Shown: in pieces, positions 55,520 to 64,000 of the stretch
Position numbering within the stretch: the first letter of the stretch is position 1
Layout of the letters: each line of letters opens with the position of its first letter
NCBI GenBank assembly: GCA_963663405.2
Contig: CAXXSM010000160.1
Span: forward strand, 11,866 to 75,865
DNA length: 64,000 nucleotides
Origin: a bacterium
GTDB lineage: Bacteria; Hinthialibacterota; Hinthialibacteria; Hinthialibacterales; Hinthialibacteraceae
Direction: 5' to 3'
Notes under the pieces: generated by a model
Database searches by the model: none
Seen by the model: the letters and a program-made list of their open reading frames with translations, nothing else
What the model was told of the DNA's origin: nothing
Position numbers and translations under genes: made by a program

Positions 55520-58072
55520 ATGATGAAGATACGACCTTTTTACGTGGCTCCAGTTTTGCCGGAAGCGCTGAAACCGCTGCAGGAAATAGCAACGAACGTT
55601 TGGTTCTCGTGGAACTGGGAAGCGGTGAGGCTGTTTATCCGCATTGACGCCGAACTATGGGAAAAAGGATATCAGAATCCTGTCGCCATGCTTGGACGCG
55701 TCTCCCAGGAACGGCTCAAACATTTGGCCCAGGACGATAGCTACGTCACCCAAGTCGAGCGCGTCCACGCCAGTATGCAGGAATATTTAACGACGAAAAA
55801 ATGGTTCGCTCGAAAATATCCTAATGTGGATGATATGAAGGTCGCCTATTTTTCGTGTGAGTACGGACTTGATGAAGGACTGCCGATCTATTCCGGTGGG
55901 CTGGGAATCCTTTCCGGCGATCATTTGAAATCGGCGTCCGATCTGGGAATTCCTCTTGTAGCGGTAGGATTGCTTTACCGGCAGGGCTATTTCCGCCAAC
56001 GGCTCAACGCCGATGGCTGGCAAATGGAAGAATATCCCGAAAACGATTGGTATAACATGCCAGTGAAACGGGTGACCAACGAATCCGGCGAACCGGCCTT
56101 GATTACGGTCATGATGGGAAGTATGCCCGTTTTTGCCCAAATCTGGCAAGTCCAGGTCGGATCCACATCCCTCTACCTCCTCGATACCAACTTTGAAACC
56201 AATGAGCCACGCGCGCGGGAGATTACAACGCAACTATATGGCGGGGACCGGGATATGCGGCTGCGTCAGGAACTTCTTTTAGGCATCGGCGGCATCCGCG
56301 CGTTAAAAATAGTCGGCGTTAATCCAACGGTTTTTCATATTAATGAAGGCCATTCCGCATTTCTTCTTTTGGAACGAATGCGGGATTTGATCGAAACGAA
56401 AAAACTGACATTCGAAGAAGCAAAAGAAATCGTCTGGTCTTCCACGGTCTTCACTACCCACACCCCCGTCCCGGCGGGAAACGAACAATTTGACGCAGGG
56501 TTGTTGAAACGGTACGGGGAATCCAAGGTCGCGCGGTTGGGGATCACATGGAACGACTTCTTAAAACTGGGCCGGATCGAACCGAAAAATCAGAACGAAT
56601 TGTTCGGCATGACGGTCTTCGCGCTGCGGCACTGCGCGTTTAACAATGGGGTCAGCGCGCTGCATGGAACCGTGTCGCGTAAAATGTGGAACTCGATCTG
56701 GCCCAATGTGCCCGTCAATGAAGTGCCTATCACCCACATCACCAACGGAATCCATACACGCTCCTGGTTGAGTCATGACATGGGAGAACTCTTCGATTCG
56801 TACTTGGGACCGCGGTTTGTCACTCGTCCCTGGGAGTTCGATGTGTGGGAACGGGTGGATCGAATTCCCGACGTGGAACTTTGGCGAACCCATCAACGCC
56901 GCCGCGAACGGCTTGTTTTCTTTGTGCGGCAGCGCTTAAAACGACAATTGGAGCGGCGAGGCGCCCATCGTTCAGAAATTATCCGCGCTGAGGAAGTCTT
57001 GGATCCACACGCGATCACCATCGGTTTTGCGCGCCGGTTCGCCACCTACAAACGCGCCCATCTCCTGTTCCGTGACCGGGAACGCCTCCGGAAGATCATT
57101 TCCGATTCTGAACGGCCGGTCCAATTTATTTTCGCGGGGAAAGCCCATCCGCAGGATCATCCCGGAAAAGAAATCATCAAATCGATTATTCACATGATCC
57201 GGGAAGAGCCGTTCCGGTCTCATATCGCCTTCATTGAAGATTACGACATCAATGTCGCGCGTTATTTGGTGCAGGGAGTGGATGTCTGGTTAAACACGCC
57301 GATCCTTCCCTTGGAAGCGTCGGGAACGAGTGGTATGAAAGTCGCCACCAATGGTGGATTAAATTTAAGTATCCTCGATGGCTGGTGGGCCGAGGGATAC
57401 CATCCGGATGTAGGATGGGCGATCGACAGCGGTGAGAATTATGAATCCTCTGAACGGCAAGATACCGTTGAAAGCGAGTCGCTCTACAATTGCCTGGAGA
57501 AAGACGTTGTGCCTCTCTTCTATCACCGGGAAGGCGCCGGATTGCCGCGGGAGTGGATTGAAAAAATGAAGGCCTCGATGAAGCAGCTCGGCCGTCAATT
57601 CAATACCCACCGGATGCTTGAGGAATATACGGAACAACTCTATTTACACGCTCATCACTTTGGCGTCTCCATGCGTGAAAATGAGTATCAGCGGGGGAAG
57701 AATATCGCGGCGTTCCGGAAAAAGATCAACCAAGCCTGGGAAGATGTCGAAGTTGTCAAGGTGAATATGCGTTCAGACCTAATGAGCGTGGGGAGCGAAC
57801 TGCCCATTGCGGTTGAGGTTCAACTGGGAAGTTTGGCGCCGGAAGATGTCGTTGTGGAAGCGCACTGCGGCGTGCTTGATTCCCAAGGCAATTTTCAGGA
57901 TGGGACGATCTATCAAACCAGTTATGCGGGGAAGAATGATAACGGGACGCATAACTTCACCCTTGAAATTCCATTTAAAGAAAGTGGCCGGCATGGACTG
58001 GCCATTCGGGTTCGCCCCTATCATTCTGATCTCGGCTCAAAAATTATGACGGAATTCATTTCTTGGGGTTGA
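55520..58072 (+). CDS. glgP: Alpha-glucan (glycogen) phosphorylase
   Basis: YSGGLGILSGDHLKSASD, NEGH, FTTHTPVPAG, ITNGIH, GFARRFATYKR, AGKAHP and EASGTSGMK. Confidence 0.97.
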   Translation: MMKIRPFYVAPVLPEALKPLQEIATNVWFSWNWEAVRLFIRIDAELWEKGYQNPVAMLGRVSQERLKHLAQDDSYVTQVERVHASMQEYLTTKKWFARKYPNVDDMKVAYFSCEYGLDEGLPIYSGGLGILSGDHLKSASDLGIPLVAVGLLYRQGYFRQRLNADGWQMEEYPENDWYNMPVKRVTNESGEPALITVMMGSMPVFAQIWQVQVGSTSLYLLDTNFETNEPRAREITTQLYGGDRDMRLRQELLLGIGGIRALKIVGVNPTVFHINEGHSAFLLLERMRDLIETKKLTFEEAKEIVWSSTVFTTHTPVPAGNEQFDAGLLKRYGESKVARLGITWNDFLKLGRIEPKNQNELFGMTVFALRHCAFNNGVSALHGTVSRKMWNSIWPNVPVNEVPITHITNGIHTRSWLSHDMGELFDSYLGPRFVTRPWEFDVWERVDRIPDVELWRTHQRRRERLVFFVRQRLKRQLERRGAHRSEIIRAEEVLDPHAITIGFARRFATYKRAHLLFRDRERLRKIISDSERPVQFIFAGKAHPQDHPGKEIIKSIIHMIREEPFRSHIAFIEDYDINVARYLVQGVDVWLNTPILPLEASGTSGMKVATNGGLNLSILDGWWAEGYHPDVGWAIDSGENYESSERQDTVESESLYNCLEKDVVPLFYHREGAGLPREWIEKMKASMKQLGRQFNTHRMLEEYTEQLYLHAHHFGVSMRENEYQRGKNIAAFRKKINQAWEDVEVVKVNMRSDLMSVGSELPIAVEVQLGSLAPEDVVVEAHCGVLDSQGNFQDGTIYQTSYAGKNDNGTHNFTLEIPFKESGRHGLAIRVRPYHSDLGSKIMTEFISWG

Positions 58073-58096
58073 TTCACAGCGGAAGGAGATAAACCA

Positions 58097-59524
58097 ATGG
58101 CGCGCCGTTTTGGATTGTGGATCCGGGGTGAATATGTGGATACGGACAACGTCGAACCGATCCGCAATCCCTATTCCGGTGAAATATTCGCGGAAGCCTG
58201 TCTCGCGGGAAACGAAGAAATTGAGGCCGCGATCCACGCGGCGCAGGACGCGTTTCCGGTGATGCGGGCCCTCTCGCGCGGGGAACGGGCGGATATCCTG
58301 CGCGGCGTTTCTCACGGCATTCAAAAACATAGTGAAGAATTGGCCCTTTGGTTGGCGCAGGAATCCGGCAAACCGATCGACGCCTGCAATTTAGAAATCA
58401 AGCGGACAAGTTACACGTTTTCTCTCAGCGCGGAAGAAGCGGTCCGGAACGCCGGAGAAATCATCCCGATCGATCTATCAGAAGCGGCGCGGCGCGTACG
58501 GGGACAGTACGAACGCTTCCCACTAGGGCCGATCGCCGCCATTACTCCATTCAATTTCCCTCTAAACCTTTCGGCGCATAAAATCGGTCCCGCTCTAGCG
58601 GTGGGGAATACGGTTCTCCTTAAACCCGCCGTGCAGTGTCCCACGCTTCTCTATCGCTTCGCGGAAATCGCTCAGGAAGCGGGCGCCCCGCCGGGCGCGT
58701 TGAATGTTCTGCATTGCAAACCACCCACCGCGGAAAAACTCGCGGCCGACGAACGAATTAAACTGCTCTCGTTTACGGGAAGCGACAACGTTGGATGGCG
58801 TCTCAAAAGTCTCGCGGGGAAGAAAAAAGTCCTCCTTGAACTCGGTGGAAACGCGGCCGCCATTGTTCATGAAGACGCGAACGTGGCCCGTACGGCGAAG
58901 CGGCTCGCATTGGGCGCGTTTTTTCAGGCGGGGCAGGTCTGCATTTCCGCCCAGCGTCTTTACATTCATCAAAACGTCTTTGATGCGTTCACGGAACAAT
59001 TTCTCAAAGAAACGCAGGCTCTACCCGTTGGCAATCCTCTCTCCCCTGGAACCGTGATCGGCCCTATGATCGACCGTGGGGCTGTGGAACGCGTTCTGCA
59101 ATGGGTGGAGGAAGCGAAACAAGCCGGGGCCAATGTTCTTCTCGAAGGAAAAGCCAACGAAACGATTCTTTCTCCCTTTGTTTTAAACCAGGTCCCACCA
59201 GACCAGAAACTGTGCTGTGAAGAAGTCTTCGGCCCTGTCGCGGTTTTAGAGACCTATATTGATTTTGAGGATGCTTTGAATCGTGTAAACACAAGCCGCT
59301 ATGGTCTCCAGGCGGCGGTATTCACCAAAGACATTCACCGGATTGATCAAGCGTACCGGACGTTAGAAACCGGCGGTGTAATCGTTAATGACTTCCCCAA
59401 CTTCCGCACAGATAATTTCCCCTATGGCGGCGTCAAAGATTCCGGTCTTGGCCGCGAGGGTGTCCGTTACGCCATGCAAGAAATGACCGAAATGAAAATG
59501 CTGGTCCTCAACTTGGATGAATAA
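58097..59524 (+). CDS. Aldehyde dehydrogenase family protein
   Basis: ITPFNFPLNL, SFTGS, LELGGN, AGQVCIS (catalytic Cys), EEVFGP and PYGGVKDSGLGREG. Confidence 0.95.
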   Translation: MARRFGLWIRGEYVDTDNVEPIRNPYSGEIFAEACLAGNEEIEAAIHAAQDAFPVMRALSRGERADILRGVSHGIQKHSEELALWLAQESGKPIDACNLEIKRTSYTFSLSAEEAVRNAGEIIPIDLSEAARRVRGQYERFPLGPIAAITPFNFPLNLSAHKIGPALAVGNTVLLKPAVQCPTLLYRFAEIAQEAGAPPGALNVLHCKPPTAEKLAADERIKLLSFTGSDNVGWRLKSLAGKKKVLLELGGNAAAIVHEDANVARTAKRLALGAFFQAGQVCISAQRLYIHQNVFDAFTEQFLKETQALPVGNPLSPGTVIGPMIDRGAVERVLQWVEEAKQAGANVLLEGKANETILSPFVLNQVPPDQKLCCEEVFGPVAVLETYIDFEDALNRVNTSRYGLQAAVFTKDIHRIDQAYRTLETGGVIVNDFPNFRTDNFPYGGVKDSGLGREGVRYAMQEMTEMKMLVLNLDE

Positions 59525-59684
59525 ATCCCCCTCATTGAATTACAACTTGTAATAACAAGTTCGATCGTCTCGTCTCTAAAAAAAATTTTAATCATTAACT
59601 CAAAATCACAATTCTCTTCGTATTTCATATAAGAAAGGTTAGAACAGATCCTTTCCCCTTATTAAATCTTTGCAGGAGGATTGT

Positions 59685-61481
59685 ATGAAACGTTCGATTA
59701 TATCCATCTTAATTTTCTCCCTTGCCAATATTTTTGTATTCCAAGCATGTGTAGAGACTGGTTATTCAGACACGCAAGACTTGGCGGAATTAAAACAGGC
59801 TCTTTCGAGTTATGAATGGAAAGATCGTGAACAGGCGGCGATTTCGATCGGTCAACTTGGCGTAAAAGCAAAGGGAATGATTCCAGCCCTTATCAACTGT
59901 TTGAGTGATGAAGAATGGTTTGTGCGCAAAGCCGCCGCCAATGCCTTAATCGATATGGGATCGGAAGCCAAACCGGCTGTTCCCGCTTTGATCAGCGCGC
60001 TGAATGACGAGGAATGGCAGGTTCGAAAACCGGCCGCGTATGCTTTAGAGGCAATTGGTCCCGCGTCAGTTCCCGCGGTCACGGATTTGATTCACGCGCT
60101 CAATGACGAAGAATGGCATGTGCGGAAACCCGCTGCGCTGGCTTTAGGAGCGGTTGGTCCCGCAGCTATGCAAGCGGTTCCAAACCTCATCCTGTCGCTT
60201 AATGATGAAGAGTGGCATGTGCGGAAAGCGGCTGTTATGGCTTTGGGCGCCATCGGTTCCAAACAAGCGATTCCTGCTTTGAAACTGAGAATCAATGATC
60301 CTGAAGAACAGGTGCAAGACGCCGCCATTGATGCGTTGAAAACGATTGAACGTTCATGCGCCGCGAATGATAAAATGCAGTTTTGGGAAACACAGCGAAA
60401 AGGCGCGAATGGGTGTGGGGGGATCAACCACCGCGCGTGGTTTCAAGCCGCCAGTGAACTTGGATTGGAATTTATCCGCCTTTCGCCTGTCACATGGAAA
60501 GCCGCCCAGCGGGATTTTCTGATCGGCGACGCCGATGAATACACAGGCATTCCTGAACCGGACCTGGAGAAGCTGATTCAGGTCTTGGATATCGCCGATT
60601 CGTGTGGAGTGAAAATCGTGTTGACGATGTTTGGGCTTCCCGGCGCGCGATACCGGCAGCACAATGATTACAAATTTGATTACCGCTTATGGATAGATGA
60701 AAAATATCAAAAGCAGGCTTTGCAGTTTTGGAAGGACTTGGCGAAGGAACTTAAAAATCATCCTGCGATCGTCGCGTATAATCCTTTGAACGAACCGCAT
60801 CCCGCCCGGAAAGATGGTTTTGAGTCTGGCTCCAAAGAATTTGAAGCATGGCTCGAAAAGAACCAAGATGGAACGGCGGATTTGAACCGGTTTAATCGCC
60901 GCATGGTGAATGCGATCAGGGAAGTAGATCCCGATACGCCGATTCTACTCGACTGCTGGTTTCACGCCTGTCCCGATGGGATGCGGTATTTGCAGCCTTT
61001 GAAGGATGAAAACATCATTTATTCTTTTCATTTCTATGAACCGTGGATTTTTGTCACCTACCGTGTGAATAAGGACCGGTTTTCTTATCCTGCTAAAATG
61101 CCTGTTGGCGGTACCGATGAGACACAAGCCTGGACACTCAACACATTGCGCGATCGCTTGCAACCTGTTGTTGATTGGGCGAAACGTCATACGATACCCG
61201 CGAACCGGATTGCCGCCGGTGAATTTGGGTGTGACCGCCGTGTGTCCGGCGCAAAGCAATATATTGGTGATTTGATCGATCAATTCAACGCGCGTCAATG
61301 GCACTGGGCTTTCTATTCGTTTCGTTCTCCAGATTGGGATGGCTTGGACTACGAACTGGGGACCGAAAAACTTGGATGGAAATATTGGCAGGCTCGCGAA
61401 TCAGGTAAATCACACGAAGAATTGATCCAACGCAGGGACAATCCATTATTCGATGTGATCAAAAAAGAATTTAAAAAGTAA
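59685..61481 (+). CDS. Exported HEAT-repeat / glycoside hydrolase family 5 fusion
   Basis: AGGAGG RBS, signal peptide, about six HEAT repeats, then a GH5 domain with LNEPH (acid/base), YSFHFYEP and GEFG (nucleophile). Confidence 0.85.
   Translation: MKRSIISILIFSLANIFVFQACVETGYSDTQDLAELKQALSSYEWKDREQAAISIGQLGVKAKGMIPALINCLSDEEWFVRKAAANALIDMGSEAKPAVPALISALNDEEWQVRKPAAYALEAIGPASVPAVTDLIHALNDEEWHVRKPAALALGAVGPAAMQAVPNLILSLNDEEWHVRKAAVMALGAIGSKQAIPALKLRINDPEEQVQDAAIDALKTIERSCAANDKMQFWETQRKGANGCGGINHRAWFQAASELGLEFIRLSPVTWKAAQRDFLIGDADEYTGIPEPDLEKLIQVLDIADSCGVKIVLTMFGLPGARYRQHNDYKFDYRLWIDEKYQKQALQFWKDLAKELKNHPAIVAYNPLNEPHPARKDGFESGSKEFEAWLEKNQDGTADLNRFNRRMVNAIREVDPDTPILLDCWFHACPDGMRYLQPLKDENIIYSFHFYEPWIFVTYRVNKDRFSYPAKMPVGGTDETQAWTLNTLRDRLQPVVDWAKRHTIPANRIAAGEFGCDRRVSGAKQYIGDLIDQFNARQWHWAFYSFRSPDWDGLDYELGTEKLGWKYWQARESGKSHEELIQRRDNPLFDVIKKEFKK
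59880..60345 (+). repeat. Tandem 93-bp (31-aa) intragenic HEAT repeats
   Basis: (L)SDEEWFVRKAAA, LNDEEWQVRKPAA, LNDEEWHVRKPAA, LNDEEWHVRKAAV and INDPEEQVQDAA at 31-residue spacing. Confidence 0.85.
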
Positions 61482-61572
61482 AAATATTTTACTCCTATCA
61501 AATAAGAAAGTGTTGGGATTTATAACGGAAGAGATGGTATTCACTCAAACCCAGACGGATATTGGAGATATA

Positions 61573-62148
61573 GTGATTTCCCGTTCAGTGGAAATCCAAC
61601 AAAATCCTTCTCTCTCTGAATTATGGGATGGTGGTTGGCCCCAAACTCTGTCTGAATTTGAAGCCTTTACCGGAGTATTCCAGGAACGTCTTTACCGGTT
61701 TATTTACTACCGGTTGAAAAATCCACAGGACGCCGAAGATGTGTTGCAGAAGGTGCTTTTAAAAGCGTATCGCAGACGGATTCAATTGCAGAAAGTAAAA
61801 ACACAGGCTGGATCGTATTTATTCCGCATGGCGGCGAACGCCTGTATCGATCATCATCGCAAGCAGAAGCGTGTATCCCATATTTCGATTGACGATCCAG
61901 CCCATAATTTACAGATTCCTTATGATTTAAGAACAAGGCGCTGTGGGGAACTTGACCGGATTGATAGTCTCTTAAATCATATCCCGGCGAAACAAGCGGA
62001 AGTGATCCGTTTGCGTGTCATGGACAGCCTTGCATTTTCCGAAATCGCGCAAATTCTTAATTGTTTTGAAACGACCGCGCGCACACGCTACCGGTATGGA
62101 GTGAGAAAACTCCGGCAAATTATCCGCAAGGAAGAAATCGATCCATGA
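61573..62148 (+). CDS. ECF RNA polymerase sigma factor (start uncertain; frame open from 61510)
   Basis: DAEDVLQ, YLFRMAANACIDHHRK (region 2) and LAFSEIAQIL...TARTR (region 4); overlaps the anti-sigma gene. Confidence 0.9.
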   Translation: MISRSVEIQQNPSLSELWDGGWPQTLSEFEAFTGVFQERLYRFIYYRLKNPQDAEDVLQKVLLKAYRRRIQLQKVKTQAGSYLFRMAANACIDHHRKQKRVSHISIDDPAHNLQIPYDLRTRRCGELDRIDSLLNHIPAKQAEVIRLRVMDSLAFSEIAQILNCFETTARTRYRYGVRKLRQIIRKEEIDP

Positions 62149-63764
62149 ATTGCCACCGCATCCAAAACCGCATACTCGATTGGCTCCCTTTGCCTCCGGG
62201 AGAAGATTTTCCGGAAGACATACGGCGCCACCTTATGGATTGTCCGGATTGCCAAGCGTTTTACCGGGAACATGCGCAAGCGATTGAGGCAATCCAGCCC
62301 CCTGCGCCTCCTTCTCTCTCGACGGATTTTAAAGCAAATCTCATGTGTCGAATCCGGGCTGGTGAGAGCCAAAAAGAGGCCATTCCATTGATTCCTACAG
62401 CAAGATTCAAAATAGGGAAACCTCTATTTATCGGGGCGTTGTCCGTTGTGATTGTGATTGGTTTTATCTTGTTTGATCCGCAAGAATGGATCCCGCTGAT
62501 CTGGAACAGTGGAGTGAGTATTCCCGCCGATCTGCGTCTCGCACAAGCGTTCGCAGGAGAAATTACGCCCGCTCCACGGTCTGGAGTTCTTTACCAGTCA
62601 CGTGAGATCGTGTTTCAACCACAAAAAAACGATTATTGGCAGGAAAAACAATGGTACCCAATCGCAATAATTGGTGAAGAAGGAAAAATCGAATACCTAA
62701 AATGTTCCTTTAGTAAGGAACATGATAGGAAACGAATCATTTTGGATGAATCCTGGTATGACTTCGACCGGCGTTGTTTTCTCCGGATGTTGTCCATTGA
62801 TCGAAAAGTGTTTTTCATAAATGCTTATGATGAAAATGGAATCACGCTTACCTGTCGCCGGGACTCTTCTACAGAAATCAGCCTGCAGCGATTCCATGTG
62901 GACCGGTTTGCGCTTCCCCAACCGGAAGAATTCTTAAATTTGGCGGCCACTCTCTCCGCTTTTTGGGTGGATAGCGCTGATGTGAAAATCGTCAATTCCA
63001 AAACAGGCAAGAAACACCAAGGAAATCCTATTCAGCAGGTCAAGTCTACAATTCATAAAAACGATGATTGTACTTATTATTATTACTTCGACCTGGACCG
63101 GGACACCAATTCGATTCTCGAAGTCAATACATTCATTCACAAAACCCCTTTGTTAACCATACGGCCTGTCGATACGATCGGGGAACGCGCGAGCGCATAC
63201 CCTCGAAACATAAACCATATTCAATTACACAAGGAATATACAAAGCGGTTTCGTTTCGAGAAACTCAACGCTCCTTCCTACATTCGCAAAATCGAATGGG
63301 AAGATATCCGCGAGTCTGTTTGGGAGGGATTTCTTTATCCAGAATCCAATTCAATTCATTTTCCAATCACCGGCATGGCCAGCATTCTCGATTTTGGATA
63401 TCCCTCCAAACGGATGATCGCGTCTGTTTTTAATGTCCCCGGCGGGCAATCGGTTCTGTTGCTGCAATCCTTCTCCTTAAATCAACGCTATGGGTCGAAA
63501 CTGAAAATGATAAGCCATCCAGTTGATAAAACAAAAAACAAAGGATGGGGCGTTTGGAAATGTCCTTTTCTTGATTCTTCAGTAGGTCAAATTGTACAAA
63601 TCATCCAACCTGACGCCGCTTCTCAACTGTATGATCCCCACGGGTACCTGCTGGAGCGCATGGAGGGTTCCTATGCCATTTTGATCACCAGCGGAGCCAT
63701 ACGGAATGAGATGTTTACCCAACTGCTAGAAAACCTTCATTCAATAAAAAGGCTCATCCGGTAA
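62145..63764 (+). CDS. Zinc-binding anti-sigma factor (zf-HC2) with TM helix and large extracytoplasmic domain
   Basis: MNC...HLMDCPDC (HxxxCxxC), one TM helix (LFIGALSVVIVIGFILF), about 420-aa C-terminal domain; ATGA overlap with the ECF gene. Confidence 0.85.
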   Translation: MNCHRIQNRILDWLPLPPGEDFPEDIRRHLMDCPDCQAFYREHAQAIEAIQPPAPPSLSTDFKANLMCRIRAGESQKEAIPLIPTARFKIGKPLFIGALSVVIVIGFILFDPQEWIPLIWNSGVSIPADLRLAQAFAGEITPAPRSGVLYQSREIVFQPQKNDYWQEKQWYPIAIIGEEGKIEYLKCSFSKEHDRKRIILDESWYDFDRRCFLRMLSIDRKVFFINAYDENGITLTCRRDSSTEISLQRFHVDRFALPQPEEFLNLAATLSAFWVDSADVKIVNSKTGKKHQGNPIQQVKSTIHKNDDCTYYYYFDLDRDTNSILEVNTFIHKTPLLTIRPVDTIGERASAYPRNINHIQLHKEYTKRFRFEKLNAPSYIRKIEWEDIRESVWEGFLYPESNSIHFPITGMASILDFGYPSKRMIASVFNVPGGQSVLLLQSFSLNQRYGSKLKMISHPVDKTKNKGWGVWKCPFLDSSVGQIVQIIQPDAASQLYDPHGYLLERMEGSYAILITSGAIRNEMFTQLLENLHSIKRLIR

Positions 63765-63824
63765 GTGTATTCGTTAAGCATAAAAAAAATTGCCTTTTCA
63801 TGAAAGAATGCGGAACAATGTTTA

Positions 63825-63920
63825 CCCAGACTTCATGCTCCGGCGCAAGCGCCAGTATCTGGGCTAGTATTTTATGTTCCTCCGGGACAAAAGAAAATAG
63901 CCCAGGATTTCAATCCTGGG
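63825..63920. repeat. REP-like palindromic elements
   Basis: CCCAGA...TCTGGG hairpin (63825-63863) with inner GGCGC-AA-GCGCC, and TAGCCCAGGAT-TTCA-ATCCTGGG (63898-63920); CTGGGCTA and TAGCCCAG are inverted copies. Confidence 0.55.
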
Positions 63921-64000
63921 GATAGAGGAATGCGCTTTCTCATTAGAAATAACATTCACTAATAGTACTCACTTACCGGATGAACCATAAAAAAGTCTGG

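Noticed and set aside
59545-59580. Possible ECF promoter (GTAAT-N17-CGTCT) upstream of the HEAT-GH5 gene
   Set aside because: Short degenerate match and the cognate sigma specificity is unknown.
59880-60345. Regularly spaced DNA repeats suggesting a CRISPR array
   Set aside because: The 93-bp period is in frame inside a CDS, with synonymous variation; these are HEAT repeats, and there are no unique spacers or cas genes.

Overview
Bacterial chromosomal window with no rRNA, tRNA, CRISPR array or intact transposase that I can see. Positions 1-9.9 kb hold a minus-strand, sigma54-driven flagellar cluster (fliK-flgD-TIGR02530-flgE-flbD-motA-motB-motB) with a very long hook protein and ruler and a leader of GGA hairpins in front of flgE. 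The rest mixes housekeeping genes (folB, recG, birA, rarA, ppk2, recQ, lysA, glgP, an ALDH) with accessory genes: a BlaI/BlaR1(M56)-pilin-Cys-rich protein island, a 2,800-aa surface protein, a vapBC module, GH78 and HEAT-GH5 hydrolases, and an ECF sigma/anti-sigma pair. The main candidate for an undescribed system is a short C-terminal motif (V-x-[DNC]-W-x-[LI]-[YH]-stop) shared by three unrelated Sec-exported proteins, with a variant on the BlaR1 ectodomain. It may be a lineage-specific sorting or anchoring signal. One carrier is the giant protein, which has an N-terminal dockerin-like and a C-terminal cohesin-like domain and so could polymerise head-to-tail. At least seven genes, including recQ, are broken by 1-bp indels, most likely long-read assembly errors. 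All domain calls come from reading motifs by eye, not from database searches.
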